Notes under the pieces: model-generated
The model's input: only the letters and a program-made list of their open reading frames with translations
Told to the model about the DNA's origin: nothing
Databases searched by the model: none
Assembly: GCA_030428565.1 (NCBI GenBank)
Contig: JAUIDR010000002.1
Coordinates: forward strand, 72,658-136,657
DNA length: 64,000 nucleotides
Source of the DNA: Alphaproteobacteria bacterium
GTDB taxonomy: Bacteria; Pseudomonadota; Alphaproteobacteria; UBA7985; JAUIBT01
Reading direction: 5' to 3'
Shown: positions 1 to 9,020 of the stretch, in pieces
Layout: each line of letters opens with the position of its first letter
Position numbering within the stretch: the stretch's first letter is position 1
Position numbers and translations under genes: made by a program

Positions 1-161
1 AAAAACAGGGCGATAATTTCCCGTTTTCAAAGCATTGACGAAAAGAATTTGCACAATGGCGGGCAAGCCTCACCACTTTGGACTGATAATTGAAATTTGC
101 AAAAATTTTTTCTGTGATTTTTATTTGCGCCATCCAGGCCGCTCCAAATAATTAAGCCGAC

Positions 162-599
162 GTGTCATTTTCGCCCCTAAACCGGAGCCCTCGCCAGATG
201 TACAAAGCCGATGTTTCGCCGCGCCAAGCCTTCGAGGCTATGAACAGCGACATGAACGCCGTCATGGTCGACGTACGCACGGGCCCCGAATGGATGTTCG
301 TTGGTCAGCCCAAAATCGCGCGCTTGGCCAATGTGAGCTGGCAGGTCTTCCCGGCGATGGCGGTCAATCCCGATTTTGAGGCACAGGTGCGCCGCGCCGG
401 CATCAGCGAGGAGCACGAGGTCTATTTGCTCTGCCGCTCGGGCGTGCGGTCGGCCGCAGCGGCTCGCGCGCTCACCCAGGCGGGCTTTAAGAATTGTTAC
501 AATATCGCAGGCGGCTTTGAAGGCGACTTGGACGAACAGAACCAGCGCGGCCGCAGCAATGGATGGAAAGCAGAGGGTCTCCCGTGGCAGCAAAAGTAA
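162..599 (+). CDS. rhodanese-like sulfurtransferase domain protein
   Basis: 145 aa ORF with the rhodanese active-site loop context (CRSGVRS) and typical single-domain length; AT-rich promoter-like region at 1-160. Confidence 0.65.
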   Translation: MSFSPLNRSPRQMYKADVSPRQAFEAMNSDMNAVMVDVRTGPEWMFVGQPKIARLANVSWQVFPAMAVNPDFEAQVRRAGISEEHEVYLLCRSGVRSAAAARALTQAGFKNCYNIAGGFEGDLDEQNQRGRSNGWKAEGLPWQQK

Positions 600-1777
600 A
601 TCAAGATTGGCACCCCGATACACTGGCGGTGCGCGCCGGGCACGAGCGCTCGCCGTGGGGTGAGACCGCCGAAGCGCTCTACCTCACCTCGGGCTTTTGC
701 TACCCCGACGCCGAGACCGCCGAAGCGCGCTTTAAGGGCGAGAACGAGGGCTTCGTCTATTCGCGCTACGGCAATCCGACCATCGAGACCTTCCACCAGC
801 GCATGATTGCGCTGGAGCCGGGCGCTGAGGCCTGCACAGCCACGGCTAGCGGTATGTCCGCGGTGTTCGGCGCTCTGGCCTCCTATTTGAACGCTGGCGA
901 TCACGTGGTAGCCAGCAAGGCGCTGTTTGGCTCCTGTTGGCAGATCCTAGCCAACATCCTGCCGCGTTGGGGCATCCATGCCACCTTGGTTGATGGCGGC
1001 GATTTGCAAGCCTGGGAAGCAGCATTCCAGCCCAACACCCGCGCCGTCTTTTTGGAAACGCCCTCAAATCCGCTGTTGACGCTAGTTGATATTGAGGCGG
1101 TCGCCAAGCTGGCGCACGACAACCGCGCCGATTGCCTGGTTGTCGTAGACAATGTTTTCGCCACCCCGCTGGCCCAGCACCCGCTGAGCCTTGGCGCGGA
1201 CGTGACCGTCTATTCGGCCACCAAACACATCGACGGCCAAGGCCGGGTCTTGGGCGGGGCGATCTTGGGCTCCGAGCAACACCGCGAGGAGGTCTTGCTG
1301 CCCTTTATGCGCCACACCGGCCCCTCGCTATCGGCCTTCAACGCTTGGCTGCTGGTCAAGGGCCTGGAGACGCTATCGCTGCGTGTCGAGCGCTCGACCG
1401 CATCGGCATTGCGCTTGGCGCAAACGTTGGAACAGCACCCCAAAGTCGCGCGCGTCGCCTATCCCTGGCTCGAGAGCCACCCCCAACACGCGCTGGCCAA
1501 GAAACAGATGAGCCACGGCAGCACGCTGATTGCCTTCGAACTTGAAGGCGGTCAAAAAGAAGCCTTCGATTTTATGCGCAATCTGTCGCTGATCGACGTG
1601 TCAAACAATCTGGGCGACTCCAAGTCACTCATCACCCACCCCGGCACCACCACCCACCGGGCCATGGATGAAGAGATGCGCAACGAGCTGGGCATCAATG
1701 AACGCCTGGTGCGCCTGTCTGTCGGCCTGGAAGATGCTCGCGACCTTGAGAGCGACCTGTTGGCTGCTCTTGGGTGA
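563..1777 (+). CDS. metZ: O-succinylhomoserine sulfhydrylase (PLP-dependent Cys/Met metabolism family)
   Basis: 404 aa; N-terminal DWHPDTLAVRAGHERS...EALYLTSGF and the PLP lysine motif SATKHIDGQG are typical of MetZ/MetB-family enzymes. The annotated ATG overlaps the rhodanese ORF by 37 nt, so the true start may be the GTG near 584. Confidence 0.8.
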   Translation: MESRGSPVAAKVNQDWHPDTLAVRAGHERSPWGETAEALYLTSGFCYPDAETAEARFKGENEGFVYSRYGNPTIETFHQRMIALEPGAEACTATASGMSAVFGALASYLNAGDHVVASKALFGSCWQILANILPRWGIHATLVDGGDLQAWEAAFQPNTRAVFLETPSNPLLTLVDIEAVAKLAHDNRADCLVVVDNVFATPLAQHPLSLGADVTVYSATKHIDGQGRVLGGAILGSEQHREEVLLPFMRHTGPSLSAFNAWLLVKGLETLSLRVERSTASALRLAQTLEQHPKVARVAYPWLESHPQHALAKKQMSHGSTLIAFELEGGQKEAFDFMRNLSLIDVSNNLGDSKSLITHPGTTTHRAMDEEMRNELGINERLVRLSVGLEDARDLESDLLAALG

Positions 1778-1838
1778 AGGCTGTTAGGTGAGCAAACTCT
1801 GGGCTAAGTCTCTAAGCAAAGTCTCTGGGTGAGCGGCC

Positions 1839-2336
1839 CTAGGCCAGCTCAGCCAACAGCGCGTCCAAACGATCCAAGGTCGAGGCAATGCCCGCCTCAA
1901 CGCCCATGTCGATCACCTGTTGCAGCGCCTCGCGTGAGCCGTATTGCACCTGGCTAACGACGCGGGTGTGTTGCCCCTCGTCCAAGAAGCTCACTTCCTG
2001 CTGTGACTGGGGCATACCTTCGACAAGACCGCCGTCGGCGTCGGAGAAACCATCCAGCCCGGTATAGCCGTCGATAGGCGAAATGGTCTGATAATCCAGA
2101 CGCGACCAATACTCCTGCCCATCGGGAGTAATCATGGCAAAGTGCCAATGACCGCCGGGGCGAAAGTCCATGGTTTTCGTCTTGGCTGTCAATGGCTTGG
2201 GCGCATACCAGCGATCCAACAGTTCCGGTTTTGTATAGCAATCCCAGACCAACTGGCGGGGCGCGGCAAACAAACGCCGGACGGTCATGCTGTTGTTTTC
2301 CGTGTCAGCGACAAACTCAAAATGGGCGTTAGTCAT
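1839..2336 (-). CDS. SRPBCC / Aha1-domain (activator of Hsp90 ATPase homolog-like) protein
   Basis: MTNAHFEF...RRLFAAPRQLVWDCYTKPELLDRWYAPKP...DFRPGGHWHF matches the AHSA1/SRPBCC fold family; start chosen at internal Met 2336; overlaps the upstream ArsR gene by 8 nt (operon). Confidence 0.7.
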   Translation of the reverse strand: MTNAHFEFVADTENNSMTVRRLFAAPRQLVWDCYTKPELLDRWYAPKPLTAKTKTMDFRPGGHWHFAMITPDGQEYWSRLDYQTISPIDGYTGLDGFSDADGGLVEGMPQSQQEVSFLDEGQHTRVVSQVQYGSREALQQVIDMGVEAGIASTLDRLDALLAELA

Positions 2337-2673
2337 CGCGATCTCCTGATTGCAATTGGGTGAGAAGGGAGTCGAGTTGCTCAAAACGGGACTGCCAAGT
2401 CCGGCGCTGCTCCGAGAACCAGGCCTCAACCGCGGCCAGGCGCTCAGCTTCTAGGCGACACTGGCGCACCCGACCCTGTTTTTGAGTCGTCACTAAGCCA
2501 GCGCCTTCCAGCACCTGGATGTGCTTCATGAACGAGGGCAGCGCCATATCGAAGGGTTCAGCCAGCTGGCTGACCGAGGCCTCGCCCTGCGTCAACCGCT
2601 GAACCACCGCGCGGCGCGTGGCATCTGACAGCGCATGAAAGACAGGATCGAGCGAAGTTTGATAGTTATCCAT
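2329..2673 (-). CDS. ArsR/SmtB family transcriptional regulator
   Basis: About 115 aa; HTH region LSDATRRAVVQRLTQGEASVSQLAEPFDMALPSFMKHIQVLEGAGLV typical of the ArsR family; cotranscribed with the SRPBCC protein (a common pairing). Confidence 0.75.
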   Translation of the reverse strand: MDNYQTSLDPVFHALSDATRRAVVQRLTQGEASVSQLAEPFDMALPSFMKHIQVLEGAGLVTTQKQGRVRQCRLEAERLAAVEAWFSEQRRTWQSRFEQLDSLLTQLQSGDRDD

Positions 2674-2830
2674 GCGGCTAACTATATGTGCAACCAACAC
2701 TTAGTTCAACAGCTAAGTATTGGAGCGATTTCCGCGGTCGAACAGCGGAAAGCAGCCAATCGCCGGCGACAGACTTTTTGCGCGATTGAGAGGCTTGCAC
2801 CCGCGCGCAGCTCATGCCAGCTTGGCCGTC

Positions 2831-3406
2831 ATGACCAAGCCTCGCCCCTCCCATTTTGACCCCGCCTCTGCGCGCCCCAACGGGCCCGCGGTGTTGGGCA
2901 TTTCTGGTTACAGCGGCTCGGGCAAGACCCAACTGGTAACGCAGCTCATCCCGGTGCTAACCAACTGCGGCTTGCGGGTCTCGACCCTCAAACACGCCCA
3001 CCATCGTTTCGATGTGGATCAGCCCGGCAAAGACTCGCATCGCCACCGCCAAGCCGGCGCTCAGCAGGTCTTGATCGCCTCCTCCCAGCGTTGGGTTTTG
3101 ATGAGCGAACTGGCAGGCGCGCCCGAACCGGGTTTGGGCGACTTGCTAAAACGCCTCGATCCTGTGGATCTGGTGCTAATCGAAGGCTTCAAGCGCGAGA
3201 CCTTCCCCAAGATTGAGGTTTTTCGCTCTGAAGCGGGCAATCCTAGCCTTTGGCAAGACCCGGAATTTGCGGACGATATTATCGCCGTAGCATCAAGCGA
3301 CGCTAAGCCGCCGGCTTGCGCCTTGCCCTGGCTCGACCTAGACAAACCTGCAACTATCGCAGACTTTATCTTTCAAGCATTGGACCTCTGCCATGGTCCA
3401 GCTTAG
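2831..3406 (+). CDS. mobB: molybdopterin-guanine dinucleotide biosynthesis adapter protein MobB
   Basis: P-loop GISGYSGSGKTQLV, LKHAHHRFD and LVLIEGFK motifs of MobB; start taken at MTKPRPS. Confidence 0.75.
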   Translation: MTKPRPSHFDPASARPNGPAVLGISGYSGSGKTQLVTQLIPVLTNCGLRVSTLKHAHHRFDVDQPGKDSHRHRQAGAQQVLIASSQRWVLMSELAGAPEPGLGDLLKRLDPVDLVLIEGFKRETFPKIEVFRSEAGNPSLWQDPEFADDIIAVASSDAKPPACALPWLDLDKPATIADFIFQALDLCHGPA

Positions 3407-4658
3407 CGATGATTGCTTTGCCTTTGGCGGGCGCCTCCTGCCATTGGACGAAGCCCAGCAGCAGCTCGCAGAGTTGGTAAAAGATATGGGGCTAACTTGC
3501 GGTCAGGAGCCCCGGCCCTTACGGCTTGCCGACTGCCTGGACCGCAGCTTGGCCGCGCCCTTGATCGCGGGCATGCCTGTGCCTCCCTTTCAAAACTCGG
3601 CGGTAGACGGCTACGCGGTGCGCCTTGCAGGCCAAGCGCAAACGTCCGGCCTGTTTCAAGTCATCGGGCGCGCGGCTGCGGGCCATCCTTTTACCGGCAC
3701 AGCTGGCCCCGGCCAGGCGGTGCAGGTCTTCACCGGAGCGCCACTGCCCCAGGGCTGCGATACGGTCTTCATGCAAGAGGACGTAGAGCGCCAGGGCGAT
3801 CAGGTCATACTGCCAGAAGGTCTGAAGCCGGGTGCCAACACCCGCAACGCGGGCGAGGATTTGGCGCTGGGCGAGAGCGTGCTAACTGCTGGACAACCGC
3901 TCAGCCCCGCCGATTTGGGGCTGGCGGCCAGTCTGGGGCTGCAAAGCCTTGCGGTCCTAGCACGCCCAAGCCTCGTGCTGTTCTCCTCAGGCGATGAGGT
4001 CGCCGCGCCCGGCTCCCTTTTGGCTCCCGGCCAACTCTACGATGCCAATAGCGACCTGCTCGCCGCGACCCTAGACAAGCAGGGATGGCAAGTGACCCAG
4101 GCGGGCATTTTGCCCGACGACCGCGCCGCTCTCAGCCGAGCTCTGGCCAAGGCCGCTCAGCAGCACCAAGTCATCATCACCAGTGGCGGCGTTTCGACCG
4201 GCGAAGAAGACCACATCCGCGCCGCCATCGCCGAGCAAGGCGACATCGCGCTGTGGCGCATCGGCATTAAGCCCGGCCGCCCCGTGGCGCTGGGGCGCAT
4301 CGCTGACAGCCTGGTCATTGGACTACCGGGCAATCCCGTCGCCGCCTACGTTGGCTTTCTGGCCCTGATACGCCCGCTCTATCACTTGCTGCATGGACGC
4401 CCGCTGCCGAACCTGCCCGCTATCGCCGCGCGCGCCAACTTCAGCTATAAGAAGAAGACCGGTCGGCGCGAGTTCGTGCGCGCACGTTGCCAAATGGACG
4501 GCAGTCCCTTTCCGCTGGTAGACAAATTCCACAAAGAGGGTGCGGGCATGTTATCCGGGCTGTCGTGGGCCAATGGCCTGGTTGTCTTGGACGAAGACTC
4601 CACCCAAATAACACCAGGTGATACACTCGCCTTTACCCCCTTCGAACTTATCCGCTAG
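3393..4658 (+). CDS. moeA: molybdopterin molybdotransferase MoeA
   Basis: 421 aa; MoeA N-terminal and MoCF-binding domain signatures (ITSGGVSTGEED, GLPGNPVAAYV); 14-nt overlap with mobB. Confidence 0.8.
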   Translation: MVQLSDDCFAFGGRLLPLDEAQQQLAELVKDMGLTCGQEPRPLRLADCLDRSLAAPLIAGMPVPPFQNSAVDGYAVRLAGQAQTSGLFQVIGRAAAGHPFTGTAGPGQAVQVFTGAPLPQGCDTVFMQEDVERQGDQVILPEGLKPGANTRNAGEDLALGESVLTAGQPLSPADLGLAASLGLQSLAVLARPSLVLFSSGDEVAAPGSLLAPGQLYDANSDLLAATLDKQGWQVTQAGILPDDRAALSRALAKAAQQHQVIITSGGVSTGEEDHIRAAIAEQGDIALWRIGIKPGRPVALGRIADSLVIGLPGNPVAAYVGFLALIRPLYHLLHGRPLPNLPAIAARANFSYKKKTGRREFVRARCQMDGSPFPLVDKFHKEGAGMLSGLSWANGLVVLDEDSTQITPGDTLAFTPFELIR

Positions 4659-4661
4659 GCT

Positions 4662-4919
4662 GTGAGCGCCATGATTAACGTTCTGTATTTTGCTTGGGTG
4701 CGCAGCGGCATCGGGCTTGACCAAGAGACCATCGAGACCCAAGCGACCACGGTCGGCGCGCTGCTGGATGAGCTAAGAGCGCGCTCGCCCCGCCACGGCG
4801 AGACCCTGGCCGACATCGCCAAGCTGCGGCTAGCGGTCAATCAGAGCTTTGTCGATCTGGACGCGAAGATCGCGGCGGGTGACGAAGTGGCGGTCTTTCC
4901 GCCCATGACCGGCGGCTGA
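4662..4919 (+). CDS. moaD: molybdopterin synthase sulfur-carrier subunit MoaD
   Basis: 85 aa ubiquitin-like protein ending in the diagnostic C-terminal Gly-Gly (FPPMTGG). Confidence 0.75.
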   Translation: MSAMINVLYFAWVRSGIGLDQETIETQATTVGALLDELRARSPRHGETLADIAKLRLAVNQSFVDLDAKIAAGDEVAVFPPMTGG

Positions 4920-4928
4920 GGGCTGGTC

Positions 4929-5396
4929 ATGATCCGGGTACAAGCCGACGATTTTGATTTGGGCCAAGAGGTCGCCGCCCTGCGTCGCGGCCGCAGCGAC
5001 ATTGGCGCCGTTGCGAGTTTTTTGGGCCTGGTGCGCGATATGGCGCCCGAGGGCTCAAAGACTGCCGCTTGCGATCAGGCTATGACCCTGGAGCACTACC
5101 CCGGCATGACCGAAAAAATGCTGGCAGATATCGAGGCGAAGGCGCATGAGCGCTGGCCGCTGCAAGCCAGCCTCATCATCCACCGCTACGGACGGCTGCT
5201 GCCCGGCGATCAAATCGTGCTGGTAGCCTGTGCTTCGCCCCACCGTCAGGCGGCGTTTGAAGCCTGCGAATTCTTGATGGACTGGCTCAAGACCAAAGCG
5301 CCCTTCTGGAAGCTGGAAGAGGTGGGCGGTCAGGGCCAATGGGTCGATGCGCGCGAGAGCGACGAGGCCGCCGCAGCGCGCTGGACGCACGATTGA
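4929..5396 (+). CDS. moaE: molybdopterin synthase catalytic subunit MoaE
   Basis: 155 aa, immediately after moaD; MoaE-like (…LEHYPGM…ASPHRQAAFEACEFLMDWLKTKAPFWK). Confidence 0.8.
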   Translation: MIRVQADDFDLGQEVAALRRGRSDIGAVASFLGLVRDMAPEGSKTAACDQAMTLEHYPGMTEKMLADIEAKAHERWPLQASLIIHRYGRLLPGDQIVLVACASPHRQAAFEACEFLMDWLKTKAPFWKLEEVGGQGQWVDARESDEAAAARWTHD

Positions 5397-5569
5397 CACC
5401 GGCATTGAGCCCGAAAGGAAGCGTAAGCCAGCCACCGGGCTTGTTTCGTGTCCCCGTCCAAAGGGCCCGTCCAAAACTCCCCCAACGCTCCCGCCTCGCG
5501 CGCCGAACGCACAGAGCCAGCTCTGTTAGCGGGCAGCCTTACGAAGCCGTGACGAGCAAAAGCGGCCCC

Positions 5570-5614
5570 GAAGAAACCCAAAAAACAAAAACCCTGGCCG
5601 AAAACGACCAGGGG
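5570..5614 (-). terminator. Rho-independent terminator of the minus-strand ABC transporter operon
   Basis: On the minus strand a GC stem (ccctggtcgttttcggccaggg) is followed by a U-rich tract (tttttgttttttgggttt), downstream of the BMP-family gene stop at 5697. Confidence 0.5.
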
Positions 5615-5696
5615 CTTGCTGATTATCCTACCGAGGCGACCAGGTATTACGCAGGTATTATAGGTCGCCTCGACGCAGATTTCTGATTAGAGCAGG

Positions 5697-6803
5697 TTAC
5701 TGCGGAATGTTGCCGGTCACGCCTTCAACATAAAAATCCATGGTCACTAGGGTCAGGTCGCTCAGATGCTCGGCACCTTCAGCGCAATCCTTGACCAGGT
5801 TGCCAGCTTGGTCGTTGATCGGGCAGGGCATAGCATGGCGTGCGCCGCTAGCCAAAGAGGCTTCCAGCGCCTTAGCTTCGGCCATCAAAGCGTCGGGCAT
5901 GTTGCCATAGGAGGCCAGCTTGACCATTCCTTGGCCGCCGCCCATGCCGTCTTTGGTCAGGCCCCACCAAGTGTCGCTAGAGCTCCAGCTACCGTCCATG
6001 ACCGCTTGCACGCGATCCACGTAATAGCTGTCCCAGCTGTCCACAATCGAGACCAGGTGCGCATTGGGACCAAAGCGCGACATGTCAGAGGCTTGACCAA
6101 AAGCCTTAACGCCGCGCGCTTCAGCAACCTGCATGGCTGCCGGTGAGTCGGTATGCTGCACGATAATATCAGCACCGTTGTCGATCAGAGTCTGAGCGGC
6201 TGCGGCTTCCTTGGCTGGGTCGAACCAGCTAAAGGCCCAGATAATCTCAACTTCCGCCGCAGGATTGTGCTTCTTGAGCTCTGTGGTGAAGGCGTTGATG
6301 CCACGAATGACCTCGGGAATCGGGAACGAGGCAATGTAGCCGATCTTGTTCGACTTGGTGGTCTTGGCTGCAATCAAGCCCTGAATAACACGGCCTTCAT
6401 AAAAGCGCGCCGAGAAGGTCGATACGTTGTCGTGTTCCCGCTTAAAGCCAGTGGCGTGCTCAAACTTAACGTTCGGGTAGTTGCCCGCGACTTGGTTGGT
6501 CGGGTCCATATAGCCAAACGAAGTGGTGAAGATGATATCCTGGCCCGCTTCTGCCATGTCCGTAATCGCATCGACGGCTGTTGCGCCCTCTTCCACGTTC
6601 TCTTTGTAGGTCGTAACAACGTCGTCGCCAAAGGCTTCTTCGATGGCCAAACGCGCCTGGTCGTGACGGTAGGTCCAGCCCAAGTCACCAACCGGTCCAA
6701 CGTAGATGAAGCCGACCTTGGTGGGCTCCGCTTGAGCGGCCAGCGTTACCGCGGCCATGGCGGTACCCAGCAGGCCCGCCGTCAGTGTTTTCATGAGTTT
6801 CAT
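5697..6803 (-). CDS. BMP-family (Med/PnrA-like) ABC transporter substrate-binding lipoprotein, nucleoside-type
   Basis: 368 aa; signal peptide MKLMKTLTAGLLGTAMAAVTLAA; BMP-family core (KVGFIYVGPVGDLGWTY...); last gene of a 4-gene ABC operon. Confidence 0.8.
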   Translation of the reverse strand: MKLMKTLTAGLLGTAMAAVTLAAQAEPTKVGFIYVGPVGDLGWTYRHDQARLAIEEAFGDDVVTTYKENVEEGATAVDAITDMAEAGQDIIFTTSFGYMDPTNQVAGNYPNVKFEHATGFKREHDNVSTFSARFYEGRVIQGLIAAKTTKSNKIGYIASFPIPEVIRGINAFTTELKKHNPAAEVEIIWAFSWFDPAKEAAAAQTLIDNGADIIVQHTDSPAAMQVAEARGVKAFGQASDMSRFGPNAHLVSIVDSWDSYYVDRVQAVMDGSWSSSDTWWGLTKDGMGGGQGMVKLASYGNMPDALMAEAKALEASLASGARHAMPCPINDQAGNLVKDCAEGAEHLSDLTLVTMDFYVEGVTGNIPQ

Positions 6804-6850
6804 ATGTTATGCCTCGTTAGTTTTGCTTGGTTATCCTTCCCAAGTCAGGC

Positions 6851-7864
6851 TCAGGAAGATGGGTTGAAAGGCTGTGCCAGGCTGCCCGGCTGATTGGCCC
6901 GGATCATTGCCGCATTGCGCGAAATGATGACCAGTACCAGCACTGGCACCAAATAGGGCAAGCTCGGCAGGACGAACTGCACGCCCCATGATGGCATCCA
7001 TTCCAAGGACTGCAATCGCAGCTCCAAAGAAAATGCAAGCCCGAACAACAGGGCTCCCAATACCACACGCAGCGGTCGCCAGGTAGAGAAAAGGATCAGC
7101 GCCAGCGCCAGCCAGCCCGCGCCCGCGGTCATACCTTCGCGCCAAGTCGGCGCTTCCAATTGCACCAGCGAAATATAAGCGCCCGCAACCCCAGCCATGA
7201 AACCACCGAACAAAATTGTTCCGACACGGATCAGGCGTACATGATAGCCCAAGGCGTGAGCCGCGTAGTGGTTCTCACCGGCGGCACGCACCAGCATGCC
7301 AACCCGCGTCCGGTTTAGGAAATAGAGCGCGGCAACGGCGGATAGGAAAGCCAGAACCGTCAAAAGATCGGTGCCCAGCAAGCGGCCAACGGTCGGCAGA
7401 GCCACCCATGAATCGGGCAAGAGGTTCGCCACCGATTCAACGCGCATGTCCTTGGCATCGGGGCCGAAGCCATTGGTCACGGTCAGCCCCAAAATGGTCA
7501 GCCCAAGGCCCGTTGCAACGTGGTTGGCGCCGAACATTTGCGTCATGACAGCAAACAGCGATGCCAAAGCCGCACCCGCCAGACCGGCCAGCAGGAAGGA
7601 TGCGATGTAGCCCGGGATGGTCAGTGTGCCTTCCCATTGCAGACAGGTGACGCCGTCAAAGCCCATCAGCGCACAGCTAGAGGTATCCAGGTAAGAGCCC
7701 GCGATGTAGCCCACCATGGCGCCGACGATCATCATGCCCTCAACGCCCAAGTTCAAAACGCCTGATTTTTCAACGATCAAGACACCAATCGCCGCGATTA
7801 GCAAAGGCGTGGCGTAGTTCAAAATCGTGACCACCAGGGCCAGCCAATAGGTCAAATCAGCCAT
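6851..7864 (-). CDS. ABC transporter permease (BMP-type nucleoside/sugar system, YufQ-like)
   Basis: 337 aa polytopic membrane protein; 8-nt overlap with the upstream permease. Confidence 0.75.
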   Translation of the reverse strand: MADLTYWLALVVTILNYATPLLIAAIGVLIVEKSGVLNLGVEGMMIVGAMVGYIAGSYLDTSSCALMGFDGVTCLQWEGTLTIPGYIASFLLAGLAGAALASLFAVMTQMFGANHVATGLGLTILGLTVTNGFGPDAKDMRVESVANLLPDSWVALPTVGRLLGTDLLTVLAFLSAVAALYFLNRTRVGMLVRAAGENHYAAHALGYHVRLIRVGTILFGGFMAGVAGAYISLVQLEAPTWREGMTAGAGWLALALILFSTWRPLRVVLGALLFGLAFSLELRLQSLEWMPSWGVQFVLPSLPYLVPVLVLVIISRNAAMIRANQPGSLAQPFNPSS

Positions 7865-9020
7865 GGGCGGGGCCCTCCTTTTTCCAGACCAACCGTCGCT
7901 GAGATAGGGCCGCTGTCGCCAGAGCGCAGAACAGGGCTATGGCTTCGATGAAGCCCGCCACACTGTCGTCAGCGCGCAGCTCGGGCTGTGAGGCGACCCA
8001 GGATGCGCCCGCATTGATATAGGCAATGGCAAAAGCGGCGAACAAAATACCGACAGGATGAAGTCGACCCAGGAAAGCGATTACGATGGCGGCAAAGCCC
8101 AAGTTGGACAAGAACGCGCCCCCGACCGTCAGGCTAAAGCTTTCGGACATCAAAAAGACCGCCCCGGTCAGCCCTGCGAGCCCCCCTGAGATCAAGAAGG
8201 ATAGCCAGATCGTGGCGGCGGTCGAAAAGCCTGCAAAGCGCTCGGCTTTGGCCGAAGATTGGGCCACCCGCAAACGAAAGCCGATCAAGGTGAACAGCAG
8301 CACCGCCGCCAAGGCCAGGTAGGCCCCACCCAAGACCAACAAGCCCGAATGGATCTTGGTTCCGATCAGCGCGCCCGAACGGGGCGAGACGCCATAAATC
8401 AGCGGTCCAAACCGCAAGGATTCGGGCAGCTTGTCCGATTGTGCAGGCGAATAAGGAATACAACCAACCTGATTGCCCGCCGCATCCAACGCGGGCGCAC
8501 ATCCTTGCACCGGGCCCTGTACCAAATAGGTCAGAAGATTGGTCGCGACATAGACCAACATGAGGCTGACGAGCAGCTCGTTGGTGTGGAGGTGAGCGCG
8601 CAACCCGGCTGGGATAGCCGCCCAGACCATGCCACCGATAACACCGCCGATAAGCAGCAACGGCAACACCGCCACCGTTGTCGGTGTACCCAAGGCCAGC
8701 CAGAACAAATAGGCCCCGATGGCCCCTGCCGCGAATTGCCCCTCCGCACCGATGTTCCAAACGCCCGCCTTATAGCCGACCGACAGGCCCAGCGCGATGA
8801 CGGCCAGATACATGCCCTCTGCGGCGGCCTTGCCCCATTGTACGGCAGGAGTGCCGCCTTGGCTGGTATAGGTTAGCAGCTCCCAAAGCGTGCGCATGGG
8901 CTTATCGGTCAACAAGGCCAACAGCCCTGCAGAAATGATTACGGTCGCCAGAGTCGCGATCAGAATCGAGACCAGCGCCCCGCTCCAGTGACCGCCTTTG
9001 GCTGGTAGTAAACGGATCAT
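7857..9020 (-). CDS. ABC transporter permease (YufP-like)
   Basis: 387 aa polytopic membrane protein; 4-nt overlap with the ATPase gene. Confidence 0.75.
   Translation of the reverse strand: MIRLLPAKGGHWSGALVSILIATLATVIISAGLLALLTDKPMRTLWELLTYTSQGGTPAVQWGKAAAEGMYLAVIALGLSVGYKAGVWNIGAEGQFAAGAIGAYLFWLALGTPTTVAVLPLLLIGGVIGGMVWAAIPAGLRAHLHTNELLVSLMLVYVATNLLTYLVQGPVQGCAPALDAAGNQVGCIPYSPAQSDKLPESLRFGPLIYGVSPRSGALIGTKIHSGLLVLGGAYLALAAVLLFTLIGFRLRVAQSSAKAERFAGFSTAATIWLSFLISGGLAGLTGAVFLMSESFSLTVGGAFLSNLGFAAIVIAFLGRLHPVGILFAAFAIAYINAGASWVASQPELRADDSVAGFIEAIALFCALATAALSQRRLVWKKEGPAHG

Noticed and set aside
1-161. SAM-II-type riboswitch upstream of the rhodanese-metZ unit
   Set aside because: The region is AT-rich and promoter-like, but I could not recognise the SAM-II pseudoknot consensus by eye. 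Needs a covariance-model scan before any claim.
3413-3997. 194-aa alternative-frame ORF within moeA
   Set aside because: Arg/Gly/Pro-rich out-of-frame translation of the moeA coding region.
6153-6893. 246-aa plus-strand ORF
   Set aside because: Antisense to the BMP-family substrate-binding protein gene and the intergenic region. No motifs.
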